From NCBI RefSeq assembly GCF_006345805.1, contig NC_043004.1:30132001-30196000 (forward strand): a stretch of DNA of 64,000 nucleotides, read 5' to 3'. This stretch comes from Octopus sinensis (taxonomy: Eukaryota). Within the stretch, counting starts at the first letter, position 1. Each line of letters opens with the position of its first letter. This document shows positions 1 through 10,655 of this stretch, piece by piece. Made by a program: the position numbers and the translations under genes. The notes below the pieces were generated by a model that was given only the letters and a program-made list of their open reading frames with translations, was not told the DNA's origin and made no database searches.

Positions 1-643
1 TATTATCCATTATTACCCTACAATGAAGCCATGTATATTGTTCTGATGTCTTGTTCAATGATGACAGCCTAATTATTTTGTCATTTGTTAACAAATTTAA
101 TTTGTCTTCCTTCATTTTCTCCAAGTTAAGCTTGTTCTGCTTTCCCTTCCTAATTTATATTGTCCCTTTATTATTTCTTATATACGAGACAATTGGAATT
201 GATTTAAGCAAGGTTCAATTTTTTCTGGCAAAAATTCAAGTGAAAACCTTGTTCAAAATTCATTTGGATGATTGAAGTAGTTGTCTTTTCTTGACAAAGA
301 TGCTAGCTTTCTGAGATTGGATATTTTGTAAGAATTGCAATCTAAATTTTCCATTGATTTATGCCAAGTGTATTTCTTAGTGCTCTTTTAGTACCCCAAG
401 AAGTTATCTATGGAACCCTAAGGGACAATATGACTTGACTGCGATATTTGTTGAATTGACATATGTGAATCTAGTTTTTCATGAAGATATTGCGAAAATT
501 ATCAATATATTCAACTTTATGAAGAATAGGAAATCTTTTCTTTACTGAGCTTGTGTTTAAACTTCTTTCCTTGAGATGACAGTTGTGTTCAATTATTTAT
601 ATTATTTATATTTGACAAATGCTTGTCCTCATCTTGTTTATTG

Positions 644-688
644 TTAACATGTTTCGGCTGATATACCCTCCAGCCTTCATCAGGTGTC
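644..688 (-). ncRNA. Minimal type I hammerhead-like motif (left arm)
   Basis: Minus strand reads gacac-CTGATGA-A-GGCTG(10 nt)CAGCC-GAAA-C-ATGTT. Core is intact, but stem III and the cleavage triplet look shortened. Confidence 0.7.
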
Positions 689-777
689 TTGGGTAAATTT
701 TGATCCTAGGTTCTCATTCCTAAGGTATGTATCGATATTATTATTATTATTATAATTATTATTATTGTTATTGTTGC

Positions 778-814
<37 letters not shown>

Positions 815-899
815 GAATCGAACTTGGAATCTTGGGGTTAGTAGCCCACGCACTTAACCATTATGTCATATACCTGTGGACAATTATGGAGTGAATTTT

Positions 900-1410
900 A
901 GGGCTTATAAAACTAATATTTTCCTATCCTTCTTTAATACCAGTTCCCATATGCTATTCATATCTGCACTCAGTTTGCTTAGGAGGTTGTTGTGTCCTAG
1001 CATATGTGCTGCTTCTTTTAGTTTTCATGTTTTCCAGTGGTGTTCTCTGTCTATTATTTTAACTTCATCCCACAGGGGGAGGTGGTCCCCACTTTTCCAT
1101 ATATGATCAGCTATACCTGATTTATCAATATCTCCTAATGTCACAGCTTTGTGATGTTTGTCTACCCTTATTTTGAGGGGGCAGCACGTTTCACCTTTGT
1201 ATAACCTACCACAGCGGCATGGGATGGAGTACATGCAGTTTTTGGTCATATTCTCTTCTATTGGTGGTTTTACTCGAAGGAGATATTTGTGAAGTGTTGT
1301 ATTACTCTTGGATAGTGTTCTGATGTCATATTGGCCACTTATCTTTTGTATCTTTTTGGATAGGCCTTTCACATAGGGTAGAGAGACTGTGGGCAGTTCA
1401 TTGGTTTCAT
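900..1410 (-). pseudogene. Penelope GIY-YIG endonuclease C-terminal domain
   Basis: ORF 1025-1447 reads LPYVKGLS...CMYSIPCRCGRLYKGET..PLKIRVDKH..SGIADHIW..H.PLWDEVKIIDREHHW, a typical Penelope EN signature. Confidence 0.88.
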
Positions 1411-1430
1411 CCTCTCTTTTCTTTATAATT

Positions 1431-1490
1431 GTAGTGGTTAAGAGCATGGGCTACTAACCCCAAGATTCCGAGTTCGATTCCAGGCAGTGA
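1431..1490 (+). promoter_or_regulatory. tRNA-like Pol III internal promoter (A/B boxes) inside the Penelope repeat; mirror copy at 815-862 (-)
   Basis: TAGTGGTTAAG (A box), anticodon-like arm GGG-CT-ACT-AA-CCC, GAGTTCGATTCC (B box). Confidence 0.7.
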
Positions 1491-1785
1491 CATAAATAAT
1501 AATAATGATAAAAATAATAATGATAATAATAATAATGATGATGATGATGATGATGATGATGGTGATGGTGATGATGATGATGATGATGATAATAATAATA
1601 ATGATAATAATAATGATGATGATGATGATAATAATAATAATGATAATAATAATGATGATAATGATAATAATAATAATGATAATAATAATGATGATAATGA
1701 TAATAATAATAATAATAATGATAATAATAATAATAACATCGAAAAATACCTTAGGAATGAGAACTCAGGGTTGAAATTTCACCAA

Positions 1786-1828
1786 GACACGTGATGAAGG
1801 CTAGAGAGTATATCAGCCGAAACGTGTT
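1786..1828 (+). ncRNA. Decayed hammerhead-like motif (right arm)
   Basis: gacac-GTGATGA-A-GGCTA..CAGCC-GAAA-C-GTGTT; one core substitution. Confidence 0.6.
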
Positions 1829-1940
1829 AACAACAACCAAGATGAGGACAAATTTCCGTCAAATGTAAATAATCTGCATAATTCCTCATCTCTTAAATAT
1901 AGAACAGTGGTGTTAAGTCTCAACAATTTTATCAAATATT

Positions 1941-2150
1941 GGTTTCAAGTTTTGGCAGAAGGTCAGCAGCTTTGAGGAAGGGGCTAAGTCAATTACATCA
2001 ACCCCAGTGCTCAACTGGAACTTATTTTGTTTACCCCAAAAGGATGAAAAGATGACCTTGGTGAAATTTGAACTTAGAAAGTAAAGGTGGATGAAATTCT
2101 GCCAAACATTTGCCAGTCATATGTTAATGATTCTGCCACCTTGACACCTT
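1941..2150 (-). mobile_element. tRNA-derived SINE (family A, ggtggcgagctggcaga... head)
   Basis: Homologous to copies at 2507-2740, 41550, 44013, 54451 and 62176. TSD aattttatcaaatattg at 1925-1941 and 2151-2167. Confidence 0.85.
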
Positions 2151-2400
2151 AATTTTATCAAATATTGTAATTTTATAATCAAAAAAATTTTCCAATATAT
2201 TTGTTCTTGTACCAATATTACAGTTTTAGCTTAATCAACTTGTTCTATGATCTTTTGTTTTTTCATCGACTTAAAAATTTGGTGGGGCTAAAAAGATTAG
2301 GTTCTGTCTTTGCCCTCCTCAGAAAACTTTTGCTCGTATATCTATAAGTATTCCTGTTACTTAAGTACTGTTGCAGTCTATTTCTAACTTTGTATACAGT

Positions 2401-2830
2401 AAGGTGACCTGGTGGCAGAATTGTTAGCACGTCGGACAAAATGCTTAGCAGTATTTCACCTGTCTTTACATTCTGAGTTCAAATGCCGCTGAGGTTGACT
2501 TTACCTATTTCTTTACTACCCACAAGGGGCTAAACACAGAGGGGACAAACAAGGACAGACGAACGGATTAAGTCTGTTATATCGACCCCAGTGCGTAACT
2601 GGTACTTATTTAATCGACCCCGAAAGGATGAAAGGTAAAGTCGACCTCGGCAGAATTTGAACTCAGAATGTAACGGCAGACAAAATACCGCTAAGCATTT
2701 CGCCTGGTGTGCTAACGATTCTGCCAGCTCGCCACCTTCCACTGAGGTTGACTTTACCTTTCATCCTTAAAGGCGGTGCATCAGCATGGCTGCAGTCAAA
2801 TGACTGAAACAAGTAAAAGAGTAAAAGAGT
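2401..2830. mobile_element. Family A SINE (+) with a second family A SINE (-, 2507-2740) nested inside it
   Basis: 18-bp TSD ctgaggttgactttacct at 2489-2506 and 2742-2759. Confidence 0.85.
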
Positions 2831-3509
2831 AATCGTGATCGTTTGGATAGTATGTAGAATATATAGAAATTACCCCAAGTCTAATTCATGCTATCACCCC
2901 CCCCCCCCCCACCATAGTTCACCCTCACAATCTACAAGATTAAGCTGACTTTTTTAAAGTGAATTAAAACACACATGTTACCTCTCTGTTTAGGCCCCTG
3001 TTTTATGAGTAATGGCACTGCAACAGATTTTCCAATACGTACTTGGCAAGGGCAAGAAAATGGGCCTCATATAGACATATGACACTATCGCAAAGGTTAG
3101 ATAATTGATGGACCTTAGGATGCAAAATATTAACATTATGATAATCAAGAATAATCTCTTTCTATCAGGATATTGATGATAAAAAAAAATATCTTAAGAA
3201 GTGACTAAGTCAAGCTCTTTTGTATTAATTGTGAATGAAAGAAAAGACATTTTGAAAACTGAACTTTTCTCACTTGTTGTGTGTTAGGTTTTGACAATGT
3301 TGTCACTGAAGAATTTATTGAGTATCAAGTTAATTTCTGAATTTGATGCTGAATTAGTTTTGTTGTGTATATTGTTGGTGGTAAACTCTACTGGTGCTGA
3401 TGTCCACTTAATTATTGCACAATGTTATTGTGATGTGAAGGAGGAAAAGACAGAAGTAGAAAGAGAATTACGGTAGTCTTACCTGTCAATCTAGAAGGGT
3501 CACTCACAA

Positions 3510-5015
3510 CATCCACGTGCTTTGTCTGCTGCTGTACCATCTAACAGGTCTGCTCTTGTACGTTGTCCACTGCCAACTGACCACTTGCACCTCGCTGACC
3601 TTGCATGCCCACTGCAGCTCTTTTGGTGGGACCCACAGGCCCCAGTTCCAACAGGACATGCGTACTCCCTCACTTCCAGTCTTTCCCTACAACACAGCCT
3701 GGCTCATAACACCACATGCCCCACTGATCCGAAGATCATTCAACCAGCCTGCCCACACCGTCTCCTCAACCCTGACCACACACCTTTACTTGTCTCATAA
3801 AAAGTCAACCAATGAGGAGGGCACTGCTCCCTCTGTGACTGCTGTGGGACTTCAGTACTGGCCTTAGTTCCTGGCATGTTGCTGCTGGCTTCGTCCTCTT
3901 GTCCATTACTGTTGGCTCCATCCTCAGTCACATTGATGATCCTGCACACATCAAAAATATGATGCAGCGTGCCATCTATGGATACATTGTTCCTTGAATT
4001 TACAGAGGTTATTGTCCCTTTTCCCCATTGTGATGTGCACCACACATTTGGATGTTTAACCCAGACTTTTTCCCTGACCTGCACAAAGGCATGCTCTTCC
4101 TCTTCTGTGGGTTGCGGCAATGCGGTACACAGATGCCTCCACTCGTACTTGAATATTGCCCTGTGTGACACTGACTCCTCAGCCTGTCCCGACCTGGGCG
4201 ACATATTATTCCAAAAACTGGCTACGTCCAGTGAGATGTGGCCCCTCTCTGCTATGGTATTGATGGTGTGATGATGCCTCTCTACAACCCCATTGTCACT
4301 TGGCCAGTGTGCTGCCCTAAAGAAATGGCTAACATGCCACTTCTTGAGAATTTCCCTCAGCACCTCCAAGTGAAAAGCAGTTCCACTGTCCACAAGTAGC
4401 TCATCCACGGGGCCTCATTCTAGGAATATCTCATTTAATATTCTTGTGATTTCCTCCGCGGTCCCTGTCTTCATCTCCCTCCATATGACCAACTGCCCTG
4501 GTCTGCAGTCGACCATCAAGAGGTTTGTCCTCTGCCGGTAGTGTGTCATGTCCACTGCCAGTCATTTCCAGTTGTGTTCCACTGGAATGCTTCCTGCCTC
4601 ATGCACACCCGGAGTGGGGTCAATGGACTGGCACCTGTTGCAGCTCCCAACTACTCTCTGCATACTCTGCCTAGTCACATCAAAGTCAACTTTCCTGGCT
4701 AGGAACAGGGTCTTGTCCACCCCCATGTGATGCATGGTATGCAGTCTCCACAGCTCTGAGTCATTCAGTCACTGCAGCCACTCCTTGCTCCAGATCCTCC
4801 CGCACCTGCAACCAGGCTTTCTTTACTCTTGTCCACCAGGATGTCACCAATATAGAAACTGATGGCTCTTTTCACTTTGTCAGCCTTTCCCGGGATGGTT
4901 TTGAGAATCGTTGCCATAAACTTTGGGGCTGAATTCAACCTGAACCCCAACCTGGTCAGGTAGTATGTCCGATCCTTGTACCTTACTAGCTATTTCCACT
5001 GTAGATTTTTTTCAG
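3510..5015 (-). mobile_element. Gypsy/Ty3 LTR retrotransposon remnant (partial RT, deleted RNase H, integrase, probable 3' LTR at ~3510-3780)
   Basis: RT piece LTRLGFRLNSAPKFM...YIGDILV (4810-5000). HHCC zinc finger HHMGVDKT..CNRC. Integrase core DELLVDSGTAF...SDNGVVERHH. A purine tract followed by TG at ~3780. Confidence 0.88.
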
Positions 5016-5750
5016 AGCTCCAGCATCATTTTATAGCAGATGTTAGTATTATAGAAAGTATTTCCCATATTTAACTCCAAAGTAACCACTTTCTCAACAT
5101 CACTGATTGTAAATTTATGGTAGAGACATATTGACAAAAGTTGGATGATCTGAAGGTAGAGTTCAAAGTATCTAAATAAATAAAAGTCAATCGTTTTGAA
5201 CTCACTGACCAAGTTACTTGAGTATTTTTCCATCCTTATGGAATGCTGTTTAGTGTGTCTCAAATAGTCGTAAACACTGTCTATAAGCCCAGCAGGATAT
5301 GAATGTAGTTATTCCAAGTCGTATTTGATCAAGGTTTATCTGTGGAATTTTATGATGTACAAAAGACTGAATAGTTAAAGTACAGTTACTATTAATAGAT
5401 GAACATAATTGAATGCCGCAATCTTGAAGGCATCCTCCTTTGTTTCATGGCAAAAGACCATAGTGACAGAATTATAGTTGTATAGTTTGTGTTACTATAA
5501 CTTGTAATAGTAATTACATGGTATCATTAATGTCTCATTGTTTTTATTTATTGTCACCATTCAAGTATGTCTTTATTGTCACCATTCAAAGTATGTCTTT
5601 GAATAGTAGCCAAGAAGCTGCAAAACAATCTACCTGCGGTCTTGATCTCTGCTTTCCACATATCAAAAACATAGCATGGCTTTCTGATATTTAGATTTAT
5701 TCCAGTACTTTGAATGCATCCTCTATTGTACATAAAATATAAATCATAAT
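5015..5750 (-). pseudogene. Endogenous viral element, probable Mononegavirales/Haploviricotina L (RdRp) fragment
   Basis: 5655-5623 translates KAEIKTAGRLF within the open frame TGINLNIRKPCYVFDMWKAEIKTAGRLFCSFLATIQRHTLNGDNK. This matches the K-E-x-E-(I/L)-K-x-x-G-R-(L/F)-F motif F of L proteins. Protein-like frames continue (FCHETKEDAFKIAAFNY, ORF 5012-5263). Confidence 0.55.
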
Positions 5751-6509
5751 ATTATAGTATTACTTATCATGCCCAGGCTACTACAAAATGCTGCCACCAC
5801 CACAGTCTATGGCAGATCTGTTCACGCCATAGCAGTAGAGAGGAAAAAAATATAATAAATACAACCCCAATATAAAACTGCAGTAGTGATGAAATAAACT
5901 ACTGAGGTTGAATATTCAGAGATGTCATTGACATAGACTACCCCTAAGAAGGTTTAATAAGATTAAACATGTTTGGAGTTGTCTCCCATACACAACAAAC
6001 AGGTTAAAGTAATATTTAGTCGTTGAGCTAAAGTTTTATTTTCTTCACTATATAATTATCATTTCTAATGAAATGTTTTATGTTCACCACATTTAATGTA
6101 AACGATGACTTAATTAAATAGTAATTAAAAAAGATTTATAGTTTACAGATGGGTAGAGCTAAATGTGATTTCTCATACAGGATTATGGCTTAACATTGAA
6201 TATTGCTTTTATGACAATATACATCAATCATTAAGAAATAAAAAAAAATGTGTCTACTCGAATATTTCTGTTACAAAATCAGTGGTTATCTTCTTTGCAC
6301 TACGTACACTCAGAAACACTGACATAGTTGTAATTCAAGAGAAAAAAACTTATACATAAGGCATTGAGAAAGGAACAATAAAAGGAATCAGAGATTATTA
6401 CAGACACACACACACACACTTCCCTCCATCTCCCTCTCATACACACACACTCTCCCTCTCTCACTCTCTCTCTCAATATAAATATGTGTGTGATTGTGTG
6501 TGTACATAT

Positions 6510-6706
6510 ATGCTGGTGCCATATTAAAAGCACCCAGCACACACTGTAAAGTGGTTGGTATTAGGAAGGCCACCCAGTGATAAAAACTGAGCCAAATTAG
6601 ACTAGAACTTGTTGCAGCTCTTTGGCTTGCCAACTGTGGTCAAATCATCCAACCCATGCCAGCATGGAAAATGGACATTAAAAGATGATGATAATGATGA
6701 TGATGA
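6510..6706 (+). mobile_element. RTE LINE 3' tail ending in (GAT)n
   Basis: ccaacccatgccagcatggaaaatggacattaaa(gat)n, the same 3' end as the RTE copies at 8611 and 33120. Similar tails at 7240-7368(-), 13826-14225(-), 17500-17790, 32277-32412(-), 39470-39660(-), 44320-44520(-), 50762-51085, 53930-54150 and 63050-63280. Confidence 0.8.
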
Positions 6707-6750
6707 TATATATACACATGTATATGTATACATATGTATGTATGTATGTA

Positions 6751-6781
<31 letters not shown>

Positions 6782-6945
6782 TGTATGTATGTATGTAGGT
6801 ATGTATGTATGTTTGTATGTATGCATGCATGCATGTATGTATGCATGTATATATGTATGTATGTATGTAAGTATGTATGCATGCATGCATGAATGCATGT
6901 ATGTATATAGGTATGTATGTATGTATATATGTATATTTATATACC
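6707..6945. repeat. (TATG)n/(TG)n microsatellite
   Basis: Direct reading. Confidence 0.95.
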
Positions 6946-7369
6946 ATTAAAAATGAACTTCAATCTTACTTGCTTGCTTGGAATGTTACTCAGCCAAACT
7001 GGCACATAATGGGAAAATACTTTGAAAATAAAATGCCCCTGAAATGTGAATACAAACAGATTAAAACAAGTTTTAAGTAAATCGGACCACAGATTCCTGA
7101 GATATGCATTTTTCTGGGTGAAAGTTCCCACAAAATTCTGAGCAGATGACTGAACAGGGAGTTCTTGCTCTTTTATTTCTTTCTTCGTAAAACCCCCACA
7201 GGTGGCAGTAACAATAAAATTACATGTGTTTTCGTGATGCCCTTCCTAATGCTGACCACTCTGAGAATGTAGTAAGTGCTTTTTACATGCCACTGGCATG
7301 GGAGCCAGACAGAGGGTACTGGCATTGACCATGTTCAGATGGTGCATTTTACATGCCGCCGGCACATCA

Positions 7370-7949
7370 CTGATAATTCTAATGGGAAACTTGAATCCTC
7401 CATGGCTTTGTAATGGAACGTATATGATCGTGTAAAAACTGCATGACAATCTCATAGTAGCAAGAATCAACACTGCCACTTTCATAAATGAAATCATTAT
7501 GATACCAAGAATAACAATTAATCTATCCAAAGGTGAGGATATACCTTTGTAGTGAAGCCAATTTCCAGTTCAATCATGCTTCACTATGACAATTCGTAAA
7601 GCACAAGGACGAACTATGGACAACATCTTAATTTATCTGGAACGACCTGTATTCCAACACTGTTAACTGTATGTGGCCCTGTATGCTGTGGAAAATGAAA
7701 GGAAAATGTCAGAGTGTTTATGAAGGATACCCAGTCAACTAAGAATGTCATCATCAAAAGTACTCTTGCAAACAAAAACTGTAGCAGCATCAAAATGAAT
7801 AAATATTCCTTCGGACGTCAGAAGGTGAAAGGAAAAGGAAAAACTAAAAAAGTGTGAATAATTTCCTTGATTTCAATGCAATGTTGAATTCAGCTTCAAT
7901 GTTTTATAACCTGAATCATCAGTGACCTAATGGGTATTGGGTGATCTAG
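7370..7949 (+). mobile_element. Helitron remnant: PIF1 helicase C-terminus plus 3' terminus
   Basis: Translation LMGNLNPPWLCNGT..IPRITI..QFPVQSCFTMTIRKAQGRTM..IYLERPVFQHC*LYVAL. Hairpin cagtgacc-taatg-ggtattg followed by CTAG (7946-7949) and T. Confidence 0.88.
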
Positions 7950-8610
7950 TGTATATACATTAATCAATATATACTGTATTATCTATCCAGTATGGCCAAC
8001 TTTACCAATCAATTTCACACTGGGTATTAAAATAGTTGTTAGATAACAACAGGCTTAAGTAATACCACATACTCATCAGAACTAGCTGCAATGGAAGAAA
8101 ATATGGCAACTGCTCTCTGTTATTGGAGGGGAAAAATCACATCTGCTTTGAAAGTGCTGGGAAAAATGATGAAACAAAGTGAGTTATTGCCCTTGGCCCC
8201 AAAAGCATCTGAGGTGCTGTAAAGGCTACAAGAGGTTTTCCGAAAATGTGTGCAGGTGTCAGAGGTTGGTATTCCCATAGGGTTGGAATGAGCATAGAGA
8301 TATTAAATGTATAGGCTTTTTTTTGGGAAATGGGGTTGTTGGGTGGGTGTCTGAATACTTATGCCCATCTTAGGGTGCAATGTGTCCATGTGTTTGTTTA
8401 TACATGTTTTACTGGGTTCTCACAATATGGTGGTGAAAGAGCTGTAGGCAAAAAACTGGTGATTATAGTCATGATGGAGCCATAGGTATGATAAACTGTC
8501 ATTCGTGTGGGAAAGAGTTAAAAATCTCACTTCTGTAATTTAGGTAGATTTCTGGTTGCTGAGAGCTTTTAATATGATTCTTTACTTGGCTAAACACAAT
8601 TCACATTTTC

Positions 8611-10230
8611 TCATCATCATTATCATCATTGTTTAACGTTCACTTTCCATGTTGGTATGGGTTGGACGATTTGACTGAGGACTGGCAAACCAGATGGCTG
8701 CACCAGGCTCCAATCTGATCTGGCAGAGTTTCTACAGCTAGATGACCTTCCTAATGCCAACCACTCCGAGAATGTTGTGGGTGCTTTTATGTGCTACTGG
8801 CATGCGGGCCAGTCAGGCGATACTGGCAATGGCTATGCTCAAATGGTGTTTTTTTACATGCCACCTGCACAGGAGCCAGTCCAGTGGCACTGGCAATAAC
8901 CTCGCTTGAAAATATTTTTTCATGTGCCACCGGCACAAGTGCCAGTAAGGTGATACTGGTAATGATCACTCTCTAATGGTTTTTTATGTGCCACTGGCAC
9001 GGAAGCCACTCAGCTGCTCTGGTAATGATAATGCTTGGATGGTGCTCTTAGTGCTGCACTAGCATGGGTGCCAGTTATCGAATATGATTTCAATTTCAAT
9101 TTCACTTGCCTCAACAGGTCTTCATAAGCAGAGTTTAGTGTCCAATGAAGGAAAGGTACGCATAAATGGGCTGGTTACACCCCTGGCATAGGCCATGGGT
9201 TATGGTCTCACTTGGCTTGCTGGGTCTTCTCAAGCTCAGCGTATTTCCATTGGTCTCAGTCACTGGTCATTCCCTTGGTGAGGCCTAATATTCGAAGGTC
9301 ATGCTTCACCACCTCATCCCAGGTCTTCCTGGGTCTACCTCAACTGCTAGGGTGTGGCACTTTTTCACACAGTTATCCTCATCCATTCTCGCCACATGCC
9401 ACATGCCCATACCAGCACAATCGTCTCTCTTGCACACCACATCTGATGCTTTTTAGGTCCAACTTTTCTCTCAAGGTACTTACACTCTGTTGAGTATGCA
9501 CACTGACATTTCACATCCAGCAGAGCATACTGGCTTCATTCCTTGTGAGCTTATGCATGTCCTCAGCAGTCATGGCCCATGTTTCACTGCCATGTAGCAT
9601 GACTGTTCACACACATGCATTATACAATCTACATTTTACTCTGAGCGAAAGGCCATTTGTCACCAGCAGAGGTAAGAGCTCTCTGAACTTTGCCCAGGCT
9701 ATTCTTATTTAGCAGCTACATTTTCAGTACACCCACCCCTGCTACTGACTTGGTCACCTAGGTAATGGAAGCTATCAACTACTTCTAGTTTTTCTCCTTG
9801 GAATGTGGCAGAAGTTGCTTTCTGCACATTTTCACTGTTTATAGCACATACAAAAACTATCTTCCCAGTTAGCCTTCCTTTGATATTGCTGCACCTCTTA
9901 TGCGTCCATTGCTTACACTGGGTACATCTTATAGAGTTTCTAACTACGCCTTTTCTACAGATTGAGCAGGGCCATCTACCTGAAGGGATTTGTGGTTTGT
10001 CAGCCTTTCTACTTATTAGGGACTTTAGTTTTAGCTAGGTTGACTCTAAGGCCCTTTGATTCTAATCCTTGCTTCCACACCTTTACCTTTGTAGCAGTTG
10101 ACTATGTTGCTGTTACACCAGTCATTGTGTGACTAGGCTATAGCCAACACCGACAGATATTTTGAGCATCTCTGCAGTGATTCCTGATGGGCCAGGAGCT
10201 TTCCCTGTCTTCATACTCTTAATTGCTTTA
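8611..10230 (-). mobile_element. RTE-clade LINE, internally deleted RT plus 3' UTR
   Basis: IKSMKTGKAPGPSGITAEMLK, a PHD-like insert, LEVVDSFHYLGDQVS, a GRLYNACV..MLHGSETW region, and a (GAT)n tail. Confidence 0.88.
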
Positions 10231-10655
10231 TCTACCATGGTGCTGCTATTAAAGTAAACCCAGCACTTCTCTACGATTTTCCTCTTTATATTGCACTCTG
10301 GTGCTTTCCTTTAATGATCATATGTACCTGGTCAAGGCTGTAGCCTTTTGTCTCTCCAGGATACTAAAGGAGAATTTATCATTATTGAATCTGGTCCCGA
10401 AAGGAGATTCTGTTGCTCCCTAATGCTTTTGTGCATTTAGTTGCCCATTTGGGCCTTTTGAGGTCACATACACAACTGCTCATATACAACAATTCAGCAT
10501 AAACCGATGAACCAGAAGGCTATGTCAAGCTCCAGAATCTGCTTTGGTATAGCTTATACAGCTGGAAGCCCTTCCTAGTGCCAACCCTTTTACAGAGTGT
10601 ACCAGATGCTTTTTCATGGCACAGGTACGCACACACACACACACACACACACACA

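Larger units (their letters stand above)
601..1872 (-). mobile_element. 5'-truncated Penelope-like element with inverted terminal repeats (pseudo-LTRs)
   Basis: 601-862 is the reverse complement of 1431-1872 apart from the length of the ATT/ATG microsatellite. The interior encodes a GIY-YIG endonuclease. Both arms carry a hammerhead-like motif. Confidence 0.85.
1..3490 (-). pseudogene. Putative downstream fragments of an endogenous negative-strand RNA virus L gene (pieces ~1-600, 2151-2400, 2830-3490, separated by TE insertions)
   Basis: Unique, non-microsatellite DNA with minus-strand peptides KWTSAPVEF..., IILDYHNVNILHPKVHQL, IVRVNYGG..LGVIS and KSFLRRAKTEP. Their order matches weakly similar blocks in Mononegavirales L (WASDP, PLFPR, LR..SWG..G.T, YLGSKT). 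Many stops and frameshifts; each match is weak on its own. Confidence 0.3.

Noticed and set aside
1431-1490. Functional tRNA gene (also SINE heads at 35362, 44640, 54451)
   Set aside because: No complete acceptor stem or terminator; embedded in repeats.
3262-3340. Possible terminal host exon on + (ttag|GFDNVVTEEFIEYQVNF*)
   Set aside because: Very short, with no partner exons or recognisable homology. The opposite strand is better explained as the viral-like fossil.
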